NCBI GenBank assembly: GCA_964576115.1
Contig: CAZNUA010000011.1
Span: 1 to 64,000 of the forward strand
Direction of reading: 5' to 3'
Origin: an uncultured Gemmatimonadota bacterium
Lineage (GTDB): Bacteria; Blakebacterota; Blakebacteria; Blakebacterales; Blakebacteraceae
Length of the DNA stretch: 64,000 bases
Shown here: piece by piece, positions 49,625 through 58,304 of the stretch
Numbering within the stretch: position 1 is the first letter of the stretch
How the letters are laid out: every line of letters begins with the position of its first letter
The notes under the pieces: generated by a model
The model's database searches: none
Seen by the model: only the letters and a program-made list of their open reading frames with translations
What the model was told of the DNA's origin: nothing
Translations under genes and position numbers: made by a program

Positions 49625-50911
49625 TCAACTGACCGGGTATGCGATGCCCTCTACAGCTGGTAAAACCTGGAAAACCGTCGGTATCCTCTCACCTGTTTCA
49701 TCGTCAGTGACCAATGTCACATAATTCCCATTGCAGAACCGACCGCTTGCATTCGGTAAATAGCACGTCCCCAGCCACTCTCCGTTGGGATGAATCACAT
49801 AGCAGGTTCTCCCCAGTCCTTGATCCAGAGCATGAAAATCCAACTGGCGGATGAGCCAGATATATCCGTACTCATCCAGTATGACATCATGCCAGAAGGC
49901 CATCTTCTCGGCGAACAGCAACTCTCGGTCAATATTCCTGACTGGCTCTGGAGTCGGCACGTGTGCTAACCGATCTCGTACATATTCCTGAGTCCTGATG
50001 CGATCAGCCTGGGTCACAGGTTCTGAGGGCAGATCAAGCTGAATCCGTCTGGTGAGGTTCCCCGACAGGTCATATTGGGTAACAACAGGTGAAGCTCCTG
50101 TTGTCATGACGATTCCATGCTCTCGAGAGAACGCTGCACTGGGGAAAGGCGCAAAATAGAGATGCTGTGGACTTCTATCTCTCCTACCGAAAGCCATGAT
50201 ACGTACTGACTCAGATTCAATTGAGCTGATCTCGGTCTGGGAGGAATCCAGTACTGTGACAATCGCACGGAGATAGTTGTAGTCGTCATCATTTCGCGCA
50301 TCGATACGGCCACGTATATATCGGATAGCGACAATCCTGTTGAGCTCCGAACACAGGAATGCCATCTCCCCTACACCTGCTCGCAATGCGATTACACCAA
50401 TAAGTTCACCACTGGTACGATATCGAGTAATGCGATTCAGATTGGGATCAAAGAGATGTATTTCTCCATCCCGGAGCGCTGAAAACCTGAGATTCTGGGA
50501 TTCCCCCGGTCCGCTCCCATAACCGCCGAATGAATTGATATACCTCCCCGCAGAATCGAACACCACTATCTGCTCATCTCCTGCATCACTAACATACACA
50601 AAGCCATCTTTGTCCTGAATGATGCCCGTCGGGTACATCAGCAACGAACCGGGTACAGCAGGATCTGACGTGATCGAGAGTACCTCTTCGAACTGGAAAA
50701 TCGGAATGGTGAAACGTGGCTGAATCGGTTCGCTCTTGGATGATTCTCTTGCCGCTGTCTCGGGAGTCGTTTGGCGTTGGGGCCTCACTTTCTGATAAAT
50801 GAAGATCGCAAGGATCACGCAGGCGATTGCGATTGAGAAATTGTTCAGAAACTTTGATCGAAACATTCGACAACAATCCTGATGCACCCGGGTCAATAAG
50901 TTCGAAAACAA
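49625..50911 (-). CDS. Membrane-anchored 6-bladed beta-propeller (NHL-like) protein
   Basis: N-terminal TM, VYVSDAG...IVVFDSAGRYINSFGGYGSGPGE, DEYGYIW; AT-richer than the flanks; start is TTG 50911 or ATG 50866. Confidence 0.8.
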   Translation of the reverse strand: MFSNLLTRVHQDCCRMFRSKFLNNFSIAIACVILAIFIYQKVRPQRQTTPETAARESSKSEPIQPRFTIPIFQFEEVLSITSDPAVPGSLLMYPTGIIQDKDGFVYVSDAGDEQIVVFDSAGRYINSFGGYGSGPGESQNLRFSALRDGEIHLFDPNLNRITRYRTSGELIGVIALRAGVGEMAFLCSELNRIVAIRYIRGRIDARNDDDYNYLRAIVTVLDSSQTEISSIESESVRIMAFGRRDRSPQHLYFAPFPSAAFSREHGIVMTTGASPVVTQYDLSGNLTRRIQLDLPSEPVTQADRIRTQEYVRDRLAHVPTPEPVRNIDRELLFAEKMAFWHDVILDEYGYIWLIRQLDFHALDQGLGRTCYVIHPNGEWLGTCYLPNASGRFCNGNYVTLVTDDETGERIPTVFQVLPAVEGIAYPVS

Positions 50912-51060
50912 TACGACCTCGGATTATATGGCCGTTTTCTGCATCCTAGCTCTTGATTGATCGCTCAACAAGCGACTGCAGTCCTTTGCAGCCGCGGAAC
51001 CCGTCGTCCTTTCCGACCTCGTGGAAAAGAGCTGGCTTCCGTTTTTCTCTGAAAAAAGAC

Positions 51061-51089
51061 TTGACCACCCCGATTCGGTGTCTTAGTGT
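51061..51089 (+). promoter_or_regulatory. sigma70-type promoter of the GntR-ABC operon
   Basis: TTGACC-N17-TAGTGT. Confidence 0.65.
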
Positions 51090-51111
51090 ATGGGTTAACT
51101 AATACACTAAG
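51082..51111. promoter_or_regulatory. YtrA-type operator
   Basis: Perfect inverted repeat CTTAGTGTAT-N10-ATACACTAAG covering the -10 box; contains the AGTGTA...TACACT core of YtrA sites. Confidence 0.8.
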
Positions 51112-51164
51112 TCCCGATGAAGACCCCGCTGACCTGTGATGGCGGGACTCACGAGGCACCGCCC

Positions 51165-51587
51165 ATGCCGATCGTCTTCACCATAGATCCCGCCGACGCC
51201 CGGCCGATCTATGTCCAGATCATGGATGAAGTTCGCCGCGGGCTGGCGGTCGGGACACTTGCGCCCGACGAGCCACTCCCCTCTGTACGCCAGCTCGCGG
51301 CCGAACTGCGCATTAATCCCAACACCGTCCAGCAGGCCTGGCGCGAGCTCGAGCGCGAGGGACTGATTTACGTACGACGGGGTCAGGGCACCTTCGTCGC
51401 CCGGACCGCCCGACCCGATCGGGAGCGAACCATCATCTCCCGTCAGGTGGCCGAACGTGCCCTGCGCGATGCCTTCCGCCACGGTCTGTCCCGCGCCGAA
51501 CTCATCACCGAACTCGAACAGATCGAACCCGCCGAGACCGATATCACCGACCAGACCGAGAAGACCGATACGAAGGGAGCCGATTGA
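51165..51587 (+). CDS. GntR-family (YtrA subfamily) repressor
   Basis: PIYVQI, LPSVRQLAAELRINPNTVQQAWRELEREG, RGQGTFV; short C-terminus. Confidence 0.93.
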   Translation: MPIVFTIDPADARPIYVQIMDEVRRGLAVGTLAPDEPLPSVRQLAAELRINPNTVQQAWRELEREGLIYVRRGQGTFVARTARPDRERTIISRQVAERALRDAFRHGLSRAELITELEQIEPAETDITDQTEKTDTKGAD

Positions 51588-52516
51588 TGAGCTCTCCCAT
51601 CCCTGTGAACATCGACACCGACAATCCGGCCGTCATCACCTCCGGACTGCGCAAGTACTACCGCCGGAACCGGGCTCTGGAGAAGCTCGACCTGACCGTA
51701 CCCGAAGGAGCCGTCTACCTCCTGGTCGGCCCCAACGGATCGGGCAAGACCACAACCATGAAGATCCTGCTCGACCTGGTCCGCCCCGGCGAGGGTTCGG
51801 CAAAAGTCTTCGGGTTCTCTCCCATCGCGGACGGCCCCCTGGTCCGGGCCCAGATCGGGTACGTGCCCGAGGGCCGCATCCCCGGCTATGAATGGATGCG
51901 GATCGATCACCTGCTCGCCCATCACGCGGTCTATTATCCCGCCTGGGACGAGGCTTATGCCCGTTCCCTGATCACGGTCCTGGAGATCGACCTGAAGAAG
52001 AAATTCCAGAAACTCTCGAAGGGGGAGTCCCGCCGGGTTCAGCTGGTCATGGCCCTGGCCCACCGCCCGCCCCTGCTCCTGCTCGACGAACCGATGGACG
52101 GTCTCGACCCGGTGGTCCGGGACCGGGTCATCGAGCTGCTGGCCGCTCACCTGGCCGAAACCCCCACCACCGTCCTGGCCTCGACCCATCACATCCAGGA
52201 ACTCGAGAAACTGGCCGATCACCTGGGCGTGATCAGGGCGGGAACCCTTCTGGCCCAGAGCGACACGACCACCCTGCACACCCGCCTGAAGCGCTACCGG
52301 ATCGAGGCCGCAGCCGACTGGACCGCGCCCGAATCGCTCACCGACGCGATCGTCCGGCGCAACGGCTCGGGGCCCGAACTGGCTCTCGACATCTGGGGCG
52401 AGGAAGCGACCGTGACCTCCGCTCTGGCCGGCAGCGGCTCGACCGTCAGGCAGGTCTCGGCCCTGGCTCTGGAGGAAACCGCTGTCAGCCTGCTCGCCGG
52501 TCAGGAGAAACCGTGA
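51584..52516 (+). CDS. ABC transporter ATPase (YtrB-like)
   Basis: GPNGSGKTT, LSKGE, LLLDEPMDGLDP, STH. Confidence 0.95.
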   Translation: MMSSPIPVNIDTDNPAVITSGLRKYYRRNRALEKLDLTVPEGAVYLLVGPNGSGKTTTMKILLDLVRPGEGSAKVFGFSPIADGPLVRAQIGYVPEGRIPGYEWMRIDHLLAHHAVYYPAWDEAYARSLITVLEIDLKKKFQKLSKGESRRVQLVMALAHRPPLLLLDEPMDGLDPVVRDRVIELLAAHLAETPTTVLASTHHIQELEKLADHLGVIRAGTLLAQSDTTTLHTRLKRYRIEAAADWTAPESLTDAIVRRNGSGPELALDIWGEEATVTSALAGSGSTVRQVSALALEETAVSLLAGQEKP

Positions 52517-53325
52517 TGAGCGCCCTTTCCCTGCAGGCCCGGCCAGCTCTCGACCGACTGTTCGTCAACTACACGCGGGTTCTCTTCTCCCGGAACTGGC
52601 AGGTACTCCTCGCCATCGGCATCCCCGTCTGGATCTATCACTTTGCCACCCTACGCGGCGATCCCGGTGGAGCGGAGATCACCCTTTTCGTGAACGGGGG
52701 TCTCAGTTTTTCCGGGGGTATCATCATGACTCTCATCACTCTGCTGTGGTCCTCCAGGGTCTGGAACGACCTGCCCCCCGGGGAGCGGGAGACTTTCCTT
52801 GCCTACCCGGTCGATCGGACCGTTCACTATCTCATGCGGATGGCAGCTGGGCTCGGACTGCTGCTTGCCATCATCATCACCGGCTGGATTCTGAGCGGAT
52901 TGTGCGTCGAGTGCATACACCCGGGTTCGAGCTGGTTCAGTGATCCCCTGCTCCGCGGCAGCGGCTGGCCCATCTCGCTGATCGGGATCGTGAACGCTTA
53001 CCTGCTGGGGTCGATTTTCGCCCTGCTCTTCCGGCAACCGATATTGTGGTTTATGTTCGGCATACTTATCGTCAACCTGCCTTTCATCCTCGCCGTTGCG
53101 CCAGATACTCTCCTCTGGCAGATCATGGTCAATCCCCTCAGCTACATTCTCCTGTATCCCTATGGTCTGTTCTCGGGTCTGGGGATAGCATGGCCGAGCC
53201 TGGCGGCAACGGATTCCTTCGCAGGTCTGACACCTCACCTGCCTGCTCTCACCATCGTCCTGCTCTGGACCGTGATTCTCGGTTTGGGTCTCGCGGCGGC
53301 AAGCCGGTTTCGCAGGGAGAGGTGA
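52516..53325 (+). CDS. ABC-2-type permease-like membrane protein 1
   Basis: About 6 TMs, YPVDRTVH...R motif; start at MSALSLQ. Confidence 0.8.
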   Translation: MSALSLQARPALDRLFVNYTRVLFSRNWQVLLAIGIPVWIYHFATLRGDPGGAEITLFVNGGLSFSGGIIMTLITLLWSSRVWNDLPPGERETFLAYPVDRTVHYLMRMAAGLGLLLAIIITGWILSGLCVECIHPGSSWFSDPLLRGSGWPISLIGIVNAYLLGSIFALLFRQPILWFMFGILIVNLPFILAVAPDTLLWQIMVNPLSYILLYPYGLFSGLGIAWPSLAATDSFAGLTPHLPALTIVLLWTVILGLGLAAASRFRRER

Positions 53326-53329
53326 GGCC

Positions 53330-54094
53330 ATGACCACCAGCATCCTGCGATCGACGCCGACCCTCAGGAACCTGATTGCTCCCCACATCCAGACCCTCTT
53401 CACTCGCCACCGGTGGGAGTTGCTCGCCATAGGAGCGATTGTCTGGATTTACCAGTTTCTGATCCTCGAAGCGGATGCAGAACTTCCCAGTGATATCCTG
53501 ACCATCGGCGGTCCGGGCTTTCCCGGAGCGTTCATCTTCTCCTGTTTAGCTGTCTTCTGGGCCATTCGGATCTGGGATGGACTCTCACCCGGCTCGCGGG
53601 AAACGCTCCACTCCTACCCCATCGACCGCACGCTCCATCACGGCCTGCGGGTATCCGCCGGCCTGGTTCTTCTCTCCATCACTCTCGTCACTTTCTGGCT
53701 CATCGGCTCAGCTCTGAGCGCAGTTATCAACCCCGAACTGAACTGGTACACGAATACCCTGCTGTATGGCAGCAGCTGGATCATCTCCATTCTCGGGCTG
53801 GTGAATGCGTACCTTCTCGGCACCTGCCTCGCCCTGCTCTGCCGCCGTCCCGAATTGTGGTTCTTCGTCTGGATACCGGTCGGCTTCATTGTCCTGTCCC
53901 TCACGGCCCAGTTACTGAACAGTGAATTCTTTGTTTCGGTGTTCAGGATCGTCTTTCTCGGCTTCTTTTCGGTGCTGGCTCTGTTGGGTACTCCCTTCAC
54001 CGATCCCCGCTGGCGTCCCGATATCCTCATCATGCTCGGAGGTACGCTCATCCTGGTCACAGCGGTTCTGCTGGCAAGTCGCAAACGGAGATAG
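53330..54094 (+). CDS. ABC-2-type permease-like membrane protein 2 (paralog of 1)
   Basis: Shares W..L.PG.RET...YP.DRT.H and GSxWxISxxGxVNAYLLG with protein 1. Confidence 0.8.
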   Translation: MTTSILRSTPTLRNLIAPHIQTLFTRHRWELLAIGAIVWIYQFLILEADAELPSDILTIGGPGFPGAFIFSCLAVFWAIRIWDGLSPGSRETLHSYPIDRTLHHGLRVSAGLVLLSITLVTFWLIGSALSAVINPELNWYTNTLLYGSSWIISILGLVNAYLLGTCLALLCRRPELWFFVWIPVGFIVLSLTAQLLNSEFFVSVFRIVFLGFFSVLALLGTPFTDPRWRPDILIMLGGTLILVTAVLLASRKRR

Positions 54095-54103
54095 GAGCAC
54101 CTT

Positions 54104-54340
54104 ATGGGAACTGCTTCTGCTTCTCTCTCGCACCACCCGGTTCGGTTCCTGACCCTGCTGGGAAGCGATTTCAGGCTGCTCCTGCGGCGGCACTGGTGGG
54201 AACTCTTCGGCGGGCTCGGTCTGATCCTGGTCGAGATGGAACGGTCGTCAGGCGTGCCCGGATTCTGGGCCCCGGTTGTCTGGTTCGTGATTCTCTCTGT
54301 CGCGGTCGGCTTGGTCGCTGCCCGCCACCGGGAGGCATGA
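54104..54340 (+). CDS. 78-aa two-helix mini-paralog of the permeases
   Basis: AGGAG RBS, ATGA coupling to the next gene; both termini resemble those of permease 3. Confidence 0.6.
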   Translation: MGTASASLSHHPVRFLTLLGSDFRLLLRRHWWELFGGLGLILVEMERSSGVPGFWAPVVWFVILSVAVGLVAARHREA

Positions 54341-55173
54341 GCGTGTCGGTTCTAACCGAACGTCTGCACGATCCCCCTTCCCGGCTGAGCGTCATCGGAG
54401 CCGAATTGCGGCTTCTTCTGCGGCAGTACCGGTGGACGATCCCCCTGCTCTTTCTGGCTTACTTCGTCGCTGAACACTGGTTGCTGCTCTACGATTCCCA
54501 GTGGTTGGATTACCTCATAAGATTCGGGAGTGTAATCACTATCGATCTGTCCGATCCGGATCGGTACGGGGCGGTCTGGACCGGACTGTATCTCCACACA
54601 TTTATCAAGGCTGTCACAGCCGGATTGTGGGGTTATCTGATCTGGCGTGACACGGACGCGGTGAGCATTCACAGCTCGATAACCGATCCGATTTCCGGGA
54701 CATTCATCCGTATCTCCCGGCTCTTTCTCGGCGCCCTGATCCTCATGGCAGCCGATATCTCAGCCTGGTATCTGGGTACCGGCATCAACGGCCTGCTGGT
54801 CAATGTCACCGGACTCGTCGCCGGGTTCCTCCCCCCGGCAATTCACGCCGCCCGTTTCCTCTCCTATGTCAATGTCTTCCTTCTCGCCTCGCTGATCTGC
54901 CTGACGACCAGACGTCCCCTGGTCTGGTTCTTCATCTATCTTCCGGCCATCGGCATGCTCTTCTTCCTGCTGCAGCTCTTCGCCAATGTGACACCCGTCA
55001 GAGAAATCTGCCTTCTCCTCCTTTCACCTTATGGCCTGAGCGGCGGACTCTATATCGAAACCTGGACCATGGCGGGGGAGTTGATCGAGCCCGCTGTTCT
55101 TGCCCCGGTCATCTGGTTCCCCGTTCTGCTGGGAGCGACCCTGTTCGCCGCTGCCCGCCACCGGGATTCCTGA
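54337..55173 (+). CDS. ABC-2-type permease-like membrane protein 3
   Basis: Start at MSVSVLTE; VNVFLLASL...RRPLVWF, PYGL, ends AARHRDS. Confidence 0.78.
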   Translation: MSVSVLTERLHDPPSRLSVIGAELRLLLRQYRWTIPLLFLAYFVAEHWLLLYDSQWLDYLIRFGSVITIDLSDPDRYGAVWTGLYLHTFIKAVTAGLWGYLIWRDTDAVSIHSSITDPISGTFIRISRLFLGALILMAADISAWYLGTGINGLLVNVTGLVAGFLPPAIHAARFLSYVNVFLLASLICLTTRRPLVWFFIYLPAIGMLFFLLQLFANVTPVREICLLLLSPYGLSGGLYIETWTMAGELIEPAVLAPVIWFPVLLGATLFAAARHRDS

Positions 55174-55202
55174 TCGTGAAACCAGCAATCTGACCGCGCA
55201 GA

Positions 55203-55230
55203 AAAAGGCCGGGATCGCTCCCGGCCTTTT
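55203..55230. terminator. Bidirectional intrinsic terminator
   Basis: AAAAGGCCGGGA-TCGC-TCCCGGCCTTTT between convergent genes; a second hairpin AACCGACGTC-GCC-GACGTCGGTT lies at 55251-55273. Confidence 0.85.
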
Positions 55231-55299
55231 CTGTGAGAGAGTGTTTTCGCAACCGACGTCGCCGACGTCGGTTTTGATGCTGTCGGTGCTGCTGCTGCC

Positions 55300-56700
55300 C
55301 TACAGGATACCCTGCCCGCTGATGAGTTCGACGATCTTGTTGGTCAGGATCAGAATCAGGGTGATGGGGCAGAGGTAGCGGATCAGGAAGGTCCAGATCT
55401 TGCGCATCCGGAAGACCGTGCCCTCTGACTCGACCTCGGCCGCGGCGTTGTCCACGCCCCACTTCCAGCCCACGAAGATGCTGATCAGCAGGGCCCCGAT
55501 GGCCAGCGAGTACTGCCCGAAGGCCTCGAAGAGCAGGCTGAGGAAGTCGATCTTGAACAGGGGCAGGTCGGTCAGCCACGAGACCGCCCCGTTGCCCAGG
55601 GCCGAGGGGATGCCCAGCACGAAGGAGAGCGCCCCCAGGACCAGACAGGCCTTCTTGCGGCTGATCTTTTTCTCGTCCACCAGGTAGGCCGTACCGACCT
55701 CGAGCAGGGAGACGCTCGAGGTGATGGCGGCGATCCCGAGCAGGACGAAGAAGCCCGTGCCGAAGATGATACCGCCGATCGGGGCGGGCGGGATTTCGCC
55801 CAGCAGGCTGGTGAGCACCACGAAAACCATGCCGGGGCCGCCCTCCTGTAACCCCAGGCCGGCGTGGAAGAGGGTCGGGAAGATGATCAGACCGGCCAGG
55901 ATGGCGATACCGGTGTCCAGGGAGGAGACCCAGAGGGCCGAGCTCTCGAGGTTGTCGCGTTTGGCAATGTAGGAACCGTAGGTGATCATGGTCCCCATGC
56001 CCAGGCTCAGGCTGAAGAAGGCCTGGCCGGCCGCGGCCAGCACGGTGGCGCCGGTAATCTGGCTGAAGTCGGGCTTGAAATAAAAGGCCAGGCCCGCTCC
56101 GGCCCCCGAGAGGGTGACCGCCCTCACGGCCAGGAGGACGAGCAGGATGAGCAGGATCGGCATGAGCACTTTGGTCCAGCGCTCGATCCCCGAACGCACC
56201 CCCCCGACCACCACGTACACGGTCAGTCCCATGAAGAAGAGCAGGTAGCCGAGTTCGCTCAGGGGATTGCCCGACATCTGGGCGAAGATGGTGGCGGTGT
56301 CGACCCCGGGCTGGAAGGTGCCGCTGATGCACTTGACGATGTAGGCCACCGTCCAGCCGGCGATGACGGCGTAAAAAGAGAGAATGATGACTCCGGTCAC
56401 CACCCCCAGCCCGCCGAGCAGTTTCCACTTCGTGCCCGGTGCCAGGGCCGAGAAAGCCCCGACCGGGTTGCGCTGGGTCCGCCGGCCGATGGTGAACTCG
56501 GCCAGCATGACCGGGGCGCCGATCAGTACCACGCAGACGAGGTAAATCAGCAGAAAGGCGGCCCCGCCGTTGGCGGCGGCGTTGGTCGGGAAGGCCCAGA
56601 TATTGCCCAGACCGATAGCGCTCCCGGCCGCAGCCAGGATGAAGGCCAGCTTCGAACCCCAGGTGTCACGCGAGGCTGCATCCAGTGATTCCATCGACAA
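55300..56700 (-). CDS. Sodium-dependent transporter, NSS/SNF family
   Basis: AAAGSAIGLGNIW, NGGAAF, GQAFFSLSLGMG, ITYGSY. Confidence 0.95.
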   Translation of the reverse strand: MSMESLDAASRDTWGSKLAFILAAAGSAIGLGNIWAFPTNAAANGGAAFLLIYLVCVVLIGAPVMLAEFTIGRRTQRNPVGAFSALAPGTKWKLLGGLGVVTGVIILSFYAVIAGWTVAYIVKCISGTFQPGVDTATIFAQMSGNPLSELGYLLFFMGLTVYVVVGGVRSGIERWTKVLMPILLILLVLLAVRAVTLSGAGAGLAFYFKPDFSQITGATVLAAAGQAFFSLSLGMGTMITYGSYIAKRDNLESSALWVSSLDTGIAILAGLIIFPTLFHAGLGLQEGGPGMVFVVLTSLLGEIPPAPIGGIIFGTGFFVLLGIAAITSSVSLLEVGTAYLVDEKKISRKKACLVLGALSFVLGIPSALGNGAVSWLTDLPLFKIDFLSLLFEAFGQYSLAIGALLISIFVGWKWGVDNAAAEVESEGTVFRMRKIWTFLIRYLCPITLILILTNKIVELISGQGIL

Positions 56701-56835
56701 CGATCCCTTCCCCGGCGGGCTGAAGTGAACCTGCCTACAACTGATACGGAACGGCCATCATAGTGTATGTGTTCAGGGCGAAAGCAACCTTCAACTTTAT
56801 CGGTCCGCGGCTGCGGTGCTCACCAGGCATCACGC

Positions 56836-56872
56836 CGACGGCCCCGCCGGCAGATCGCCGACGGGGCCGTCG
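56836..56872 (-). terminator. GC-rich hairpin downstream of the barrel gene
   Basis: CGACGGCCCCG...CGGGGCCGTCG 16-bp stem (one G.U on the minus strand); no clear U tract. Confidence 0.5.
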
Positions 56873-56903
56873 ATGATAATCTCAGGCAGCGCTCAGAAAG
56901 CGC

Positions 56904-58304
56904 TCAGAAAGTGATTTTCAGTCCCGCCGCCGCTCCGAAGCCGCGAATGCCGTCGGGTGTGATGCCGGTGTTGGCTACCGCAACCTCGAGGCAGAGGATC
57001 CGGAAATCGAGTCCGAGGCCGACCGCACCCACCAGGCCGTGGCGGCCGCCGAAGCTCAGGCCGGCCCGCAGGGGCAGGAAAAAGATCGGCCGCCACTCCA
57101 TACCCAGCCCCAGGCGCGGTACCGCCCGGAATCCCAATCCCCGGCTGAAAGGCTGCTCGAATTCGGCGTTCAGAGCCAGTCGCCCGAGCTGGTAGGTCGT
57201 CCCGACCCGAAAGATGACCGGCACCGGGGTGCGGAAGGAATCAATCCGTTCCAGCTCCACATCGTAGCTGGTCAGAGAGTCCAGATCGGTGGTCTCGGCT
57301 TCTTCGTCGAACTCCAGGAAGGTTCCCATGCCGATCGTGTCGGCATCGGCGATCAAGTGGACGTTGTAGGTCGAGTTCTTCCAGGTGATGCCGGGACTGA
57401 GGTTGAGCAGGGCACCGTGCACCGTCCAGTGATCGTTCATAACGGCGGCCACACCCAGGTCGAGCCCGATCCCCGAACCGTTGACCGGCTCGAACTCGTC
57501 ATCGTCGATAATCTCGAGGTCGTCCGACTCGGGGTCGAGGTCGTAACCCGGAATCCCGGCGGTGTGATAACGGTAGTCGGCGTGGCCGAAGATGCCGTCC
57601 TCGAGAAAGGTGAAATCGACCGTACCTTCGTCGATGCCGGCATACTGGTGGCCGGCATAGTATTTCAGACCGATTCCGCCGTAGATTTCACGCCCACCGA
57701 TGAAGTTGCGGAAGAAGGAGTCGATGACAGCCGGGGCACGGAAGGCATAGGTGCCGTAGAAGACCGAAATCCCTTCGGTCGAGGCGCCGAACTCGCCGAA
57801 GTGGTACGTGCGGTTCAGCCTGTTACCCCGCAGGAGAAGCTCGAAGAGGTCGGTGGGCATCCGGGCTTCGGCATCGACCACGTGGTAGGTCCCCAGAGCG
57901 AGCCGGCCGATCTGCAGCCCGAAGGTGCCGACTTCGACATTGGCGCTGACCCGGGCCGCCTTACCCAGACTGTTGAGATAGCTGTCTTTCTCGTCCTCGT
58001 CGATGAACCCCTCTTCCATCCAGCGGTTCCAGCGGCCGATCGACATGATGTTCTGGTCAACGTGCGTGTTGACCGACACCAGGCGAAGGCTGAAGTGCCG
58101 GCGTCCGGGCAGACCGAGCAGGGCCGGATTGACCAGGGCGGCGTCGATGTCGTACATCGCCGTGCCGCGGGCTCCGGCCAGGCTGTAGCCCGCCACGCTG
58201 TAGGTGCCCTGAGCAGTAGCGGTGCAGGGCAGGGCCAGCAGGACGAGCAGGCCCGGCATTGCAAGCAGGTGCCGTAGAGTCATGCTCCGCGTCATCCCGA
58301 TCAC
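56904..58304 (-). CDS. Outer-membrane beta-barrel (DUF5723/TraF-like)
   Basis: Signal peptide, NPALLG, GIGLKYY.G, GSGIGLDLG, PLRAG, terminal Phe. Confidence 0.75.
   Translation of the reverse strand: MIGMTRSMTLRHLLAMPGLLVLLALPCTATAQGTYSVAGYSLAGARGTAMYDIDAALVNPALLGLPGRRHFSLRLVSVNTHVDQNIMSIGRWNRWMEEGFIDEDEKDSYLNSLGKAARVSANVEVGTFGLQIGRLALGTYHVVDAEARMPTDLFELLLRGNRLNRTYHFGEFGASTEGISVFYGTYAFRAPAVIDSFFRNFIGGREIYGGIGLKYYAGHQYAGIDEGTVDFTFLEDGIFGHADYRYHTAGIPGYDLDPESDDLEIIDDDEFEPVNGSGIGLDLGVAAVMNDHWTVHGALLNLSPGITWKNSTYNVHLIADADTIGMGTFLEFDEEAETTDLDSLTSYDVELERIDSFRTPVPVIFRVGTTYQLGRLALNAEFEQPFSRGLGFRAVPRLGLGMEWRPIFFLPLRAGLSFGGRHGLVGAVGLGLDFRILCLEVAVANTGITPDGIRGFGAAAGLKITF

Noticed and set aside
56761-56769. 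TAGTGTATG, resembling a YtrA half-site, upstream of the NSS transporter
   Set aside because: No matching inverted half.
56889-56912. 11-bp tandem duplication AGCGCTCAGAA at the barrel gene stop
   Set aside because: A small slippage-type duplication with no evident consequence.
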